From: a virus
Lineage: Duplodnaviria; Caudoviricetes
Reading direction: 5' to 3' (one strand)
Virus record (IMG/VR): IMGVR_UViG_3300008110_007313
DNA: 64,000 nt
Part shown: positions 25,317 through 34,412 of the stretch, piece after piece
Layout of the letters: each line of letters starts with the position of its first letter
Numbering within the stretch: the first letter of the stretch is position 1
Program-made: the position numbers and the translations under genes
Notes under the pieces: model-generated
The model's input: the letters and a program-made list of their open reading frames with translations, nothing else
What the model was told of the DNA's origin: nothing
The model's database searches: none

Positions 25317-27505
25317 AGCTTGCAGCTCTCACAGTCTTCTTGATCATCAAAGTCAATCTCTTCCAACGGTGCGTCTTCTGCTTTTTGTTTTGAACCTGCT
25401 TTGTTGATCAAACTGTAGTAGAACGTTTTCAATCCCCAGTAGTGTGCCTGCATCAAGTTCTTGGCAATCAGGGTTGTGGGAACCTTACGATCTGGGAAGT
25501 GTGCAGGATTGTAGAATGTGTTAGTGCTGATTGACTGATCAATGTAGGCTGCTAACACAGCCGCTGTTTTCAAGTATCCGTCGCAGTCCTTTTGTGCCCA
25601 CATCTGTTGATATCGATTTTTCAACTTGTGATACTCGGGCACAACTTGTGTAAGACTGCCTGCTTTAGATTCTTTTACTGAAATCAAGCTCATGGGCATT
25701 TCAATACCGTTGGTTGAGTTAATAACCACTGAGCTGGACTCTACTGGGGCAATAGCCATCAGCGTGGCGTTGCGAACACCATGTCCACGCATTTGAGCAC
25801 GTAGACCTTCCCAGTTTAGTTCAGGTGTAAAGTCAGCTAACTCGTTAACACCTTGTGCTCTGCGCTCCCAAGGAAATATACCCTGGCCATAGAATGTGCG
25901 ATCACTATCTTTGCAACGTCCACGTTCCTTGGCCAGCTCAACTGTGGATTCTGTGAGATAGTAAGCTTGATGTTCCATCCAGGATTTGACTTCAGCTAAG
26001 GCATCTTTCTCGCCATAATTAAATCCGCGCTTGGCGTGCCAGTAAGCAAGATTCGTAACACCGATACCGAGCGGCTGGATCTCGTCGTTGGATAACTTGC
26101 TTTGAATTGAGAGGAAGTCCTGATAGTCAAGGATATTACACAGACTCCTCTGCAGAATCCTACAAGCCCGGCGCATGTCCTCTGGATTACGGAATGCTCC
26201 CCAGTTAATGGACCCAAGTGTACACAGCGCGATGCGACCTTGATCATCGTCCAGTCGTTTGAAAGGTTTTGTAGGAAGGAGAATTTCACAGCAAAGGTTA
26301 CTCTGGTAAATGGTATGATACTCAGGATCAAAAGGACCTTGATTCATCACGTTGTCTATGAATACCAAATAGATACGTCCTGTGTCAGTGCGTTCTTTGA
26401 GAATACCGCCTTTGAATACTTCTTCAGCTGACATGGTTTTCTTGCGTAGGTCTTTTCTCTTTTCATAGGCAACATATAGTTCTTCAAAGCGAGTTGTGTT
26501 CTTGTAAAATGCTTCATATAAGTCTGGCACTTCATTGGGGTCAAAGAACGTTATGTTTTCTTTGTTCTTGAATCGTCTCCAGAAGAAAGCTGACAGCACA
26601 ACCCCATAATCCATATGACGGACTCGGGTTTCTTCTGTTCCTTGGTTGTTCTTAAGGACAATAAGATCATCAAACTGATGATGCCAAATAGGATAAAAAA
26701 CAGTAGCACTTGCATTACGAATACCTCCTTGAGCACGTTTGCTAGCATACTTGGCCATCATTTCGCCACTAGCAAAAATACTATCGAGATCATCGTCACT
26801 GCGGATAAGAACGCAAGAGCTAAACTGCTTAGTAGGAGTGCCCAGTCCAGCAAGGACAGGCGTTGCAAGAGTAAAGAGACCGTCTGATGCCGCATTGTAG
26901 TATTCTTTGATATAGCGCATACGAGCTGAGTTCGGTTCTTCTTTATGAAATACAGTAGCGGCCGCCACCATGTAACGAACTTGAGGAGTTTCATAAATTT
27001 CCTTTGTTGAACGATTCTTGACCAGATACTTTTCAATCAGTTGTTCAATGGCCGCATAGCTGTACTGTTCGTCTTTGACATGATCAATCATGTCATTCAT
27101 ACGGCTCCAATCGGCCTCATCGTACCATTCTAGGAGCTCGGGAGTGTACAGGCCTGTGGCCACATTACGCTTCACAATCTCATACAAGTGGGGAGGCTCG
27201 TAGCTGCCGTAAACGTCTTTGCGCAACATACTGAGACGTTGTTTCCCTGCTACATATTGGTAATTGGTGTGCCCTACATCTGGATTGGATTCTACGTCAA
27301 TGAGATCCACAATAGCACGTAAGGTAATCTCGTCAATTTCTTTGGTGGTAATACCATCATAAAAATGCAACTGAGCTTTAATCTCTACCATGCTTTGACT
27401 TACGTCAGCAATGCCCGAGCATATTTTAGCAATCTGCGTTTGCCACTTTTCCAAGGCCAAGGGCTCACGCTGGCCACTACGTTTAACGACGGTAATGTTT
27501 TTCAT
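25313..27505 (-). CDS. nrdA: class Ia ribonucleotide reductase alpha subunit with ~41-codon in-frame deletion
   Basis: ATP cone, FSSC, SNLCCE, ALCTL, YY, C-terminal CxxC; gap at KRA|QGGIR (26731/26732). Confidence 0.92.
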   Translation of the reverse strand: MKNITVVKRSGQREPLALEKWQTQIAKICSGIADVSQSMVEIKAQLHFYDGITTKEIDEITLRAIVDLIDVESNPDVGHTNYQYVAGKQRLSMLRKDVYGSYEPPHLYEIVKRNVATGLYTPELLEWYDEADWSRMNDMIDHVKDEQYSYAAIEQLIEKYLVKNRSTKEIYETPQVRYMVAAATVFHKEEPNSARMRYIKEYYNAASDGLFTLATPVLAGLGTPTKQFSSCVLIRSDDDLDSIFASGEMMAKYASKRAQGGIRNASATVFYPIWHHQFDDLIVLKNNQGTEETRVRHMDYGVVLSAFFWRRFKNKENITFFDPNEVPDLYEAFYKNTTRFEELYVAYEKRKDLRKKTMSAEEVFKGGILKERTDTGRIYLVFIDNVMNQGPFDPEYHTIYQSNLCCEILLPTKPFKRLDDDQGRIALCTLGSINWGAFRNPEDMRRACRILQRSLCNILDYQDFLSIQSKLSNDEIQPLGIGVTNLAYWHAKRGFNYGEKDALAEVKSWMEHQAYYLTESTVELAKERGRCKDSDRTFYGQGIFPWERRAQGVNELADFTPELNWEGLRAQMRGHGVRNATLMAIAPVESSSVVINSTNGIEMPMSLISVKESKAGSLTQVVPEYHKLKNRYQQMWAQKDCDGYLKTAAVLAAYIDQSISTNTFYNPAHFPDRKVPTTLIAKNLMQAHYWGLKTFYYSLINKAGSKQKAEDAPLEEIDFDDQEDCESCKL

Positions 27506-27511
27506 TATATG

Positions 27512-27937
27512 TTACTTTATTTCTATTTTTATTTGTTGCTGACTGATGCAGTGTTGAGTTTTTTTGGAACTCAGGTTGATATTTACGATTTGATCTCGAT
27601 CCCAATTCAATATATATTTTCCTTGGTCAAATAGGACTAAATTGTCACTACCCATTTCGATCATTTCAGCGTCTTGCATGTCTGCGCGATCTAACAGAAC
27701 TATAGTATACATGATTCCTAGCCCGCGAGCAAGTCCACAGTAAATGTTGTCATCCAATAACTGCCATGGGTCAGGCCAACTATTTCGTTCATCCCAGTGT
27801 AAATGATAAGGAGTCCAAGGTGTGTCAAACCACCATGCATTGATGGTCTGCAGAGCCAATTCAGGCTCTAATACCAAACACTGTCGGCGAAGATTGGACC
27901 AACTTTCAAGTCGGTCCGCAAAGGTGCGTGGCCACAT
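27512..27937 (-). CDS. hypothetical protein
   Basis: 141 aa; WPDPWQLL..YC. Confidence 0.75.
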   Translation of the reverse strand: MWPRTFADRLESWSNLRRQCLVLEPELALQTINAWWFDTPWTPYHLHWDERNSWPDPWQLLDDNIYCGLARGLGIMYTIVLLDRADMQDAEMIEMGSDNLVLFDQGKYILNWDRDQIVNINLSSKKTQHCISQQQIKIEIK

Positions 27938-29736
27938 TAGGCTAAATGAGTGATACTGTAGTCTATAGTACCGGCAGAACCGGTGGAAGATGAGCTATAC
28001 GCCACTGTGATATCTCCGCCTGGAGCAGCTTCAGTGGCGGTTAATGTAACACCAGTAGATGCGTTTTCTGTATAGCTGTCGGTGTAAGAGAATGACCCAG
28101 TGGCCGCGCTGACTGCGGTCAGCGTTCCGGTGCGTACTGTGGTTCCACGAATGATAGTATAATCCATCTTGAATGCCTTAAACACCGCGGTGTCTATCAA
28201 AAACAACGGACCTGAATTGTTGTCGCTGATGATAGAGTGTACACCTGTGGTGCGGGTGTACTTACCTAGCTGCATCTCAGTGGCTATAGTATCGTCACTG
28301 ACTCCACTTACTGTAAAAGAAACCCCACGTATGTTCATGCCCAACGCAATGCTGGTTGAATCGTTTAATGCAATACGTGGATATGTAGCACTTTCTGACG
28401 TGGTGCGCTCGAACATGTCACCGACGCTGATATTGTTGTTGGCATCAATGTCTATTACAGGAGTTTGTGCAACTGTGTTGATGTGATTACCAACGTTTAA
28501 AAATGTGTTGTAACCAGTGGCATTGAGTTTGACTCCTTGAATCACAATGCCTTCAGCATAGACATTGTCAAATATGTTATTCAGAATTCTAAATCCAATA
28601 GGACCGCCGTCTACTGGAGTCAAGCTACCTAGAACAATGCCCTGAGTAAGTGAATCAAAATAGCTGTTGCTCACTGTCACTGCCTGTACCTGTTGGTCTG
28701 TGTTGAAACCATAGGTACAGCCTGAAAACTTGCAGTCATCAAAAATCACCTGACGAGTTATCAACGCCGAGGTGCTGGCAAATTTCACTGCCGACAAGTC
28801 ATCAAAGGTGGTGTTGCCATCGTTGGTGGTAAACGGTCCATCAAACGTACACTCTTTGAAACTGATTTGTTCAGCTCTTTCTACCAACAAAATGTTATGA
28901 CTGCGAGCAGAGTCATTGCCAAAGTTGACTGTTTTCCAGGCCATACTTTGTACTTCTACATTTTCAGGACGTGTGGCGCTGTTGCTGAGAATATTGCTGC
29001 CAGTCTGTTGCAAACTGTCAGCGGTACGTACCACATACTCGGGCAAATCTTCTTCTACCCAGTAAGTGGTATTTGTTGGCAGAATAGCAGCACCAATGCT
29101 GTCCTCAACAGGTACAGCACTCAGCGAGCGATAGTAACGATCGTTGGTGGCATAATAGACCAGTACTCCTTGGGCATAAGGGGTGAAAGAAACCCAAGGA
29201 TTAGACTGAAACAAAATAATACTAGAGTCTGATCCTTCGCCATATAGTCTGGCATGCGGGGGTATTAAAATTGTGTCAGTGATCAAATAAGTGCCAGCTG
29301 GGAAAAACAAACTGCGACGAATTTGAGGGTTGTTTTGTCGGCAATACAACTGAAACAGTGCACGATTGATTGCCGCTGTGTCATCAGTTACACCATCGCC
29401 TGTGGCACCAAAATCTTTGACACTGGCAAACTGATCCAACCAATTCTGTAGACTCTGAGTTACAGGACTACCTGAAGTAGCACCTGTTTGTACTGCATAA
29501 CCTGTGGCTTCTAGACCACTGTAGGTGTAAGCACCGCTCAACGCTAATACGTCTGAAAATTCTGTGAGGATTTCAGTGTTGCCTACTACTGGAGCACCTT
29601 CGGCTAATTCTCCGTTGCCGATGAAAAGTCTGCGCTGATCTACTGCCCAGCCAAATTCAGCGCCGGCTAGCGGCTGGGGAAGGTCATCTAATATGCCCTT
29701 GCGTTGGGTAATGCGTGAAATCTGTAAAATAGCCAC
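27937..29736 (-). CDS. virion protein: Mtd N-terminal domain plus pectin-lyase-like beta helix
   Basis: QISRITQRKG..LAGAEFGWAVDQRRLFIGNG; VKDFGATGDGVTDDTAAI; GTG start. Confidence 0.8.
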   Translation of the reverse strand: MAILQISRITQRKGILDDLPQPLAGAEFGWAVDQRRLFIGNGELAEGAPVVGNTEILTEFSDVLALSGAYTYSGLEATGYAVQTGATSGSPVTQSLQNWLDQFASVKDFGATGDGVTDDTAAINRALFQLYCRQNNPQIRRSLFFPAGTYLITDTILIPPHARLYGEGSDSSIILFQSNPWVSFTPYAQGVLVYYATNDRYYRSLSAVPVEDSIGAAILPTNTTYWVEEDLPEYVVRTADSLQQTGSNILSNSATRPENVEVQSMAWKTVNFGNDSARSHNILLVERAEQISFKECTFDGPFTTNDGNTTFDDLSAVKFASTSALITRQVIFDDCKFSGCTYGFNTDQQVQAVTVSNSYFDSLTQGIVLGSLTPVDGGPIGFRILNNIFDNVYAEGIVIQGVKLNATGYNTFLNVGNHINTVAQTPVIDIDANNNISVGDMFERTTSESATYPRIALNDSTSIALGMNIRGVSFTVSGVSDDTIATEMQLGKYTRTTGVHSIISDNNSGPLFLIDTAVFKAFKMDYTIIRGTTVRTGTLTAVSAATGSFSYTDSYTENASTGVTLTATEAAPGGDITVAYSSSSTGSAGTIDYSITHLA

Positions 29737-29755
29737 AGTGATAATCCTTGATCTA

Positions 29756-30481
29756 TCACATATTTAGCAAATAGTACTGTTCAACTCTGCGCCACCATTC
29801 TGAACGATATTTTTCAAATTCTGCGCCTTCTAACACAAACTCTTGATACTGCGGTTTTCCCACAATGTTGTGGTCCTTGTCAAGATCTGGTTTGACGCAC
29901 ATTAAAACTACGCCTTTTTTGATACGTGTACCATGTAGTTCGTTGTGCGCTTCTGCATAGGCTGCCAACTGCATGAAATAATCTTCAATCCATTCTCGCC
30001 GTTTGGGCTTGTTGGTCTGTTTGTAGTCTAAAATACTTTCGTCATTTAGATGTATACCTGCACCGTCTGTGGTACCTGCGTAAATTCCCGGGAAATACAA
30101 CGGAACTTCAATGCCCCAAAATTCATTAACATTTATCAATCCTTTGTTGACAACTTCTTCGGCCATGACATGACTGGGCCAACTAAAGGGATTTGATCCA
30201 CGCGGAGGCATGGCACCGTCTTTGATGTACTTTTCTAGATAGGTGTGCATGCGTGTGCCACGGTTGGCAGCTTCGGTGGTAATTTGCTGTGCCTTTTCGT
30301 AGCCTACACTTTTACGCCAACGCTCTAGAATTTGTTTCTTTTCTTCAGACTTGGTTTTGTCTAGTATGGTGGTCACTGAGGGCAGATTTTTGCCATCTGG
30401 TGTGGCATAAAAACGTTTGCCTTCAACAACGACTCGTGGAATGGGTTTGTAGTCAAATTTAGGATTGTACATTGGGAACAA
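29756..30481 (-). CDS. PD-(D/E)xK exonuclease (MGME1/Cas4-like fold)
   Basis: PSVTTIL, RGTRMH, AGTTD, ILDYKQT, QLAAYA. Confidence 0.85.
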   Translation of the reverse strand: MFPMYNPKFDYKPIPRVVVEGKRFYATPDGKNLPSVTTILDKTKSEEKKQILERWRKSVGYEKAQQITTEAANRGTRMHTYLEKYIKDGAMPPRGSNPFSWPSHVMAEEVVNKGLINVNEFWGIEVPLYFPGIYAGTTDGAGIHLNDESILDYKQTNKPKRREWIEDYFMQLAAYAEAHNELHGTRIKKGVVLMCVKPDLDKDHNIVGKPQYQEFVLEGAEFEKYRSEWWRRVEQYYLLNM

Positions 30482-31841
30482 AAATCATGGATTGGTGTAA
30501 ACTAACGCCTGTGTCAATTTTATTGCAAATTGTTGCAAACTGTTCTTGATCAGATTCATTTAGTACATTATACAATCTTTGATTGTACTTTGTAAAGTCC
30601 ATTTTTGTTTTTTGATCAAAATATGCGGTATGATTAAGATATTTTTTCCAGAGTTGATCATTGTCAGGTGCTGTATCTAGTTCGCCAATGGTAGTCACAA
30701 TAAAATTATAAATGCCGCGCATTTGATCTGGCCATTGTTTGAAAATTCTATGATCTAAACACTGTTGTAGCTTTTTGGCCAATTCAGGTCTATACCGTTG
30801 TGGCAGGGCCTGTACATCAAGATGTTCAGTCTGATCTACTAAATTGGCAGCATAATTATGAAATACAAAACCACGCTGTTCGTACCAGTTGCACCAGTAA
30901 TTCAACCAGTCATCAATGTAGAATATGTTGTTGAGACTAAACACAGGACTCACTGCACATTTCCAAATGGGACGCATTACCTTGCGACCCTTTACAATGG
31001 TCATTTGATTTTTGTAACTGATCAAGGTATCTAGATTTCGTTCAATTTTTTCAAATCGTGCAGGCCAACGAATGTAGCTGTAGTTTTCTCCCACCGAGTC
31101 TATGCTGAGCAGAATATCCACACTTTTGAAACGGCTTAACAATTCCATTAGTTCATCTCTGGGGTTCACTGTCATGGCAGTAGTCAGTCTGAGATTGATT
31201 TTTTCAGCGATGCCTTGCTCGCACATCCAACTCAATAACTTGGTCATGCCCGGCTGAATCAGTGTTTCGCCACCAATGAAATGCACAAAAAAATGTTGAT
31301 ACCTGTTGTGTTTTTGCATGATAGCATTGGTTATAAAATCCCAATGCTGCTCGCTGTCGCTGATGTCAGTTTCAAAAAATTCATTGACTACGTTGTTGGT
31401 AATTCTAGCAAAGGTACTGCTTTCAAAAGGACTACAACTACGACAACTGAGATTACACAAATTACTGAATTTGATTCTAACTTCGAACTCTGCTACCTGT
31501 TTGCTCTTGATAAAATGTCCCAGCCGATCCTGCGGCATTTCAACAAAGCTGCGCAGTCGTTCACTTTGTCCACCATTGGTTTCTTCTTTAAGACAGTGCC
31601 TGCAAGCATCGGGCCATTGACCCTGTGCTTGTTGTTGCTTAATTTCAACAAAAGGATCTGAACCTTTGCTGGGCACAAACAATGCCGCATCTAGATTGCA
31701 ACAGCAGGTCTGAAATATTTGATTTTTTGAAAACTCGCTGTGACGAATGTCAAGTGTGACATAGGGTGCTGGGCACAGTGCAGGATGTTCTTGCGCCCAG
31801 GCCATGCGTTTGTGCAAGGCCTGTTGAATGATATCACTCAT
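30459..31841 (-). CDS. radical SAM protein with N-terminal Cys-rich (twitch-like) domain
   Basis: CNLSCRSC, FIGGETL. Confidence 0.9.
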   Translation of the reverse strand: MSDIIQQALHKRMAWAQEHPALCPAPYVTLDIRHSEFSKNQIFQTCCCNLDAALFVPSKGSDPFVEIKQQQAQGQWPDACRHCLKEETNGGQSERLRSFVEMPQDRLGHFIKSKQVAEFEVRIKFSNLCNLSCRSCSPFESSTFARITNNVVNEFFETDISDSEQHWDFITNAIMQKHNRYQHFFVHFIGGETLIQPGMTKLLSWMCEQGIAEKINLRLTTAMTVNPRDELMELLSRFKSVDILLSIDSVGENYSYIRWPARFEKIERNLDTLISYKNQMTIVKGRKVMRPIWKCAVSPVFSLNNIFYIDDWLNYWCNWYEQRGFVFHNYAANLVDQTEHLDVQALPQRYRPELAKKLQQCLDHRIFKQWPDQMRGIYNFIVTTIGELDTAPDNDQLWKKYLNHTAYFDQKTKMDFTKYNQRLYNVLNESDQEQFATICNKIDTGVSLHQSMIFVPNVQS

Positions 31842-32158
31842 ACCCTAAAACTTTCCCCACAACCGCAGCGGTCACGCTCATTGGGATTTCGAAATTCAAA
31901 TCCTTCGTTCAGTCCGTTGCGCACAAAATCAATTTCTGTGCCTTGTACATAAGCACAACTTTTTGGATCTATAAAAACTTTGCAGTCAAGACATTCAACA
32001 CACTGATCTTCAGGCGCTGGAGAATCCACATACTCTAGCACATAGGCCAGTCCTGAGCACCCAGTGGTTTTTACACCAATCCGAACACCAACTCCGTGTC
32101 CTCTTCGGTTCAATGTTTGTTGTATCTTACGAGCAGCTAAGGGAGTTATTGTTATCAT
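31838..32158 (-). CDS. iscA: Fe-S cluster A-type carrier IscA
   Basis: TTGCSGLAY, CGCGESF. Confidence 0.95.
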   Translation of the reverse strand: MITITPLAARKIQQTLNRRGHGVGVRIGVKTTGCSGLAYVLEYVDSPAPEDQCVECLDCKVFIDPKSCAYVQGTEIDFVRNGLNEGFEFRNPNERDRCGCGESFRV

Positions 32159-33146
32159 CTTTTGTACACCATCTTTTGCACACTGTCGGTTGCTTGTCAG
32201 TATTCCAAGATTCAACCAAGCGGTCAAACCAGGCAATAGCCGACTCTACCCCCACTGTAGGGCCATGGTTGCCATGTACATACTCACGTAATTCTGTGTT
32301 CCAGACCTGTAGAGCATTATGGTTGTGATACTGTTGAGGGTTGTGCCCTGTCCAACAACAGGGATACACATATCCATCAGATGCCACATAAACACTGCGT
32401 TCACGCACAGCCCAACAGTCAATGTTCACTTTTTTGCTGTCTGTGTATTTTGGCATTTCAGTAACCACTTTGACAATTTGATCTTGTATAAATTGATCGT
32501 TGACTTGGTCAGGATATTGCCAGTCAGTTCGTATTGAAAAAATTTTGTTTCCTTTGCGATCGTAACTGGGACCGTTGTTTCGATCTGTTTCGCGTTCTTC
32601 TAGCCACATAAATCCTAGGTCCTTGGCCATTTGATACATTTCAGGTAATTGTGGTCGATTGTGATCAAACACATTGGCCATCCATATTGCCTGACCGCCT
32701 GCATCAATAAAAGTTTTAGCATTGCGTATCACGTTTTCAAACACAGTGTCTTGACGATATAAACTGTGAGTGTCTGACAGACCATCAATGCCAAATATAC
32801 CAAATACTCTGAGCTTGGCCAATCCTCTCCAGAATTCTTTGTCTCGGGCGCCACCGTTGGTGTGCACTCTTATGCTCATGTCCGGGTTGGCCTGTCTCAT
32901 GTAGGCAATGATATCCAGGGTTTCTGGATTCATTATTGCGTCGCCAAAGTTACCATTGATGATAGCAATGTGAACCCTACTGAGTCGGGTCAGCGAAAAT
33001 ATTTTTTTAAAATCTTCAAGGCTGAGATTGGTCTCAGTGTATCCCATGTTATAAGGATATCCTAAAAAATTTCTAGGACAGAAAGAGCATCTAGCGTTAC
33101 AAAGTGAGCTTAACTCTAGATGCAAATGATTGATTTCATATTGCAT
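32127..33146 (-). CDS. radical SAM / SPASM-twitch protein
   Basis: CNARCSFC, HTNGG, DGYVYPCC, CKRWC. Confidence 0.9.
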   Translation of the reverse strand: MQYEINHLHLELSSLCNARCSFCPRNFLGYPYNMGYTETNLSLEDFKKIFSLTRLSRVHIAIINGNFGDAIMNPETLDIIAYMRQANPDMSIRVHTNGGARDKEFWRGLAKLRVFGIFGIDGLSDTHSLYRQDTVFENVIRNAKTFIDAGGQAIWMANVFDHNRPQLPEMYQMAKDLGFMWLEERETDRNNGPSYDRKGNKIFSIRTDWQYPDQVNDQFIQDQIVKVVTEMPKYTDSKKVNIDCWAVRERSVYVASDGYVYPCCWTGHNPQQYHNHNALQVWNTELREYVHGNHGPTVGVESAIAWFDRLVESWNTDKQPTVCKRWCTKDDNNNSLSCS

Positions 33147-33156
33147 CCCATACTTA

Positions 33157-33546
33157 TCAAGCCAGTTTGGCCTGTGCTCGTTGTTTGTAGTTTTCTACTG
33201 CCGCTTTGATGGCATCTTCTGCAAGTATTGAACAGTGAATTTTAACAGGGGGGAGGGCAAGCTCATCAGCAATCTCGCTATTTTTAATCGCTGCCGCTTC
33301 GTCAAGTGTGCGTCCTTTGACCCATTCAGTAACCAGCGAACTCGACGCAATCGCTGAGCCACAACCATACGTTTTAAATCTTGCATCTGTGATTACTCCG
33401 TCTTTTACTTTTATTTGTAACTTCATCACATCACCGCAGGCAGGTGCTCCTACCATGCCAGTACCTACGTCTTCGTCGCTCTTGTCAAACGATCCCACAT
33501 TGCGTGGATTTTCGTAATGGTCTACAACTTGATTGGAATATGCCAT
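33157..33546 (-). CDS. iscU: Fe-S scaffold IscU
   Basis: DHYENPRN, GAPACGD, GCGSAIAS, LPPVKIHC. Confidence 0.97.
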   Translation of the reverse strand: MAYSNQVVDHYENPRNVGSFDKSDEDVGTGMVGAPACGDVMKLQIKVKDGVITDARFKTYGCGSAIASSSLVTEWVKGRTLDEAAAIKNSEIADELALPPVKIHCSILAEDAIKAAVENYKQRAQAKLA

Positions 33547-33558
33547 ATAGAATTCTGA

Positions 33559-33978
33559 TCAATCAAAAGTTTGGCTAAACAATCTACCACGATATCTAAA
33601 AGTCACTGTTTCGCCTCGTTGTGTCACAACAGGTACAGACTCACACACAGTTCGGTGACTGATTCCGCCAGGATGAGAGTCTCCACGACCGGCTTGATAC
33701 CCTACTACCCCGCCTACCACAGTGGCTATATCGCGTCCAGAGCCGCCGCCAATCTGGTTGCCAATTGCGGCACCAGCAATGGCTCCCAACACACCACCTG
33801 CGGCATTGCCCGATGAGTATGGAGTTTGCACAGCAATCTCGCGGCATTGTTGTTGATATGTAGTGATCATGCGTGGTTCAACACGCACAATTTCTGCGGT
33901 ACCATAACTGTTGTATTGGGCCATGGCCAATGGGGCAGCGGCTGCAAATAGAGTAAACAAAATTGCCAAACGGGTCAT
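33559..33978 (-). CDS. glycine-zipper exported protein (YcfJ-like)
   Basis: Signal peptide; GGVLGAIAGAAIGNQIGGGSGR. Confidence 0.85.
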   Translation of the reverse strand: MTRLAILFTLFAAAAPLAMAQYNSYGTAEIVRVEPRMITTYQQQCREIAVQTPYSSGNAAGGVLGAIAGAAIGNQIGGGSGRDIATVVGGVVGYQAGRGDSHPGGISHRTVCESVPVVTQRGETVTFRYRGRLFSQTFD

Positions 33979-34004
33979 ACAGTTCTCCAGAAGTTAGTGT
34001 ACAT

Positions 34005-34033
34005 ACTATACACTATTTAACATTTTGTGTCAA
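34005..34033 (-). promoter_or_regulatory. sigma70 promoter
   Basis: TTGACA-17-TATAGT. Confidence 0.75.
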
Positions 34034-34052
34034 CGTTAGTTGACCAATTTGA

Positions 34053-34412
34053 TTAGACGCTGCGGTCTCGATTCATTGCCGATTTGGCCGCACTGGCCAC
34101 AATGTCCTGTGCCTTGTTTACAGGCATTGTAACAGGTTCAGGTTGTCCAGCGCCTTTGAATATAATTTCATCAGAATTGGGCTGCATTGGTTCTAGTACT
34201 GAACTCAATGGAGGCTGTCCAACAATTTCTTCTATGTTATAAGGAGTTATGTTAATGTCTAAACTTTGTGCCAAGCTAATAAAAGCGTCTTTGCTGATTT
34301 GTCCACGAGAGTTGGTGTCCCTGGCACGACCGGCCAGGAACTGTACCAGACCCAATAATTCATCTGGTCGCGGTGTGCTGGCCTCAGCACCGGCAAACTC
34401 TCTAAGTCGCAT
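34053..34412 (-). CDS. hypothetical protein, probable internal head protein
   Basis: MRLREF N-terminus; within virion cluster. Confidence 0.7.
   Translation of the reverse strand: MRLREFAGAEASTPRPDELLGLVQFLAGRARDTNSRGQISKDAFISLAQSLDINITPYNIEEIVGQPPLSSVLEPMQPNSDEIIFKGAGQPEPVTMPVNKAQDIVASAAKSAMNRDRSV

Noticed and set aside
29756-30481. Cas4 or CRISPR-linked system
   Set aside because: No Fe-S cysteine set and no cas genes or array; an ordinary phage PD-(D/E)xK exonuclease
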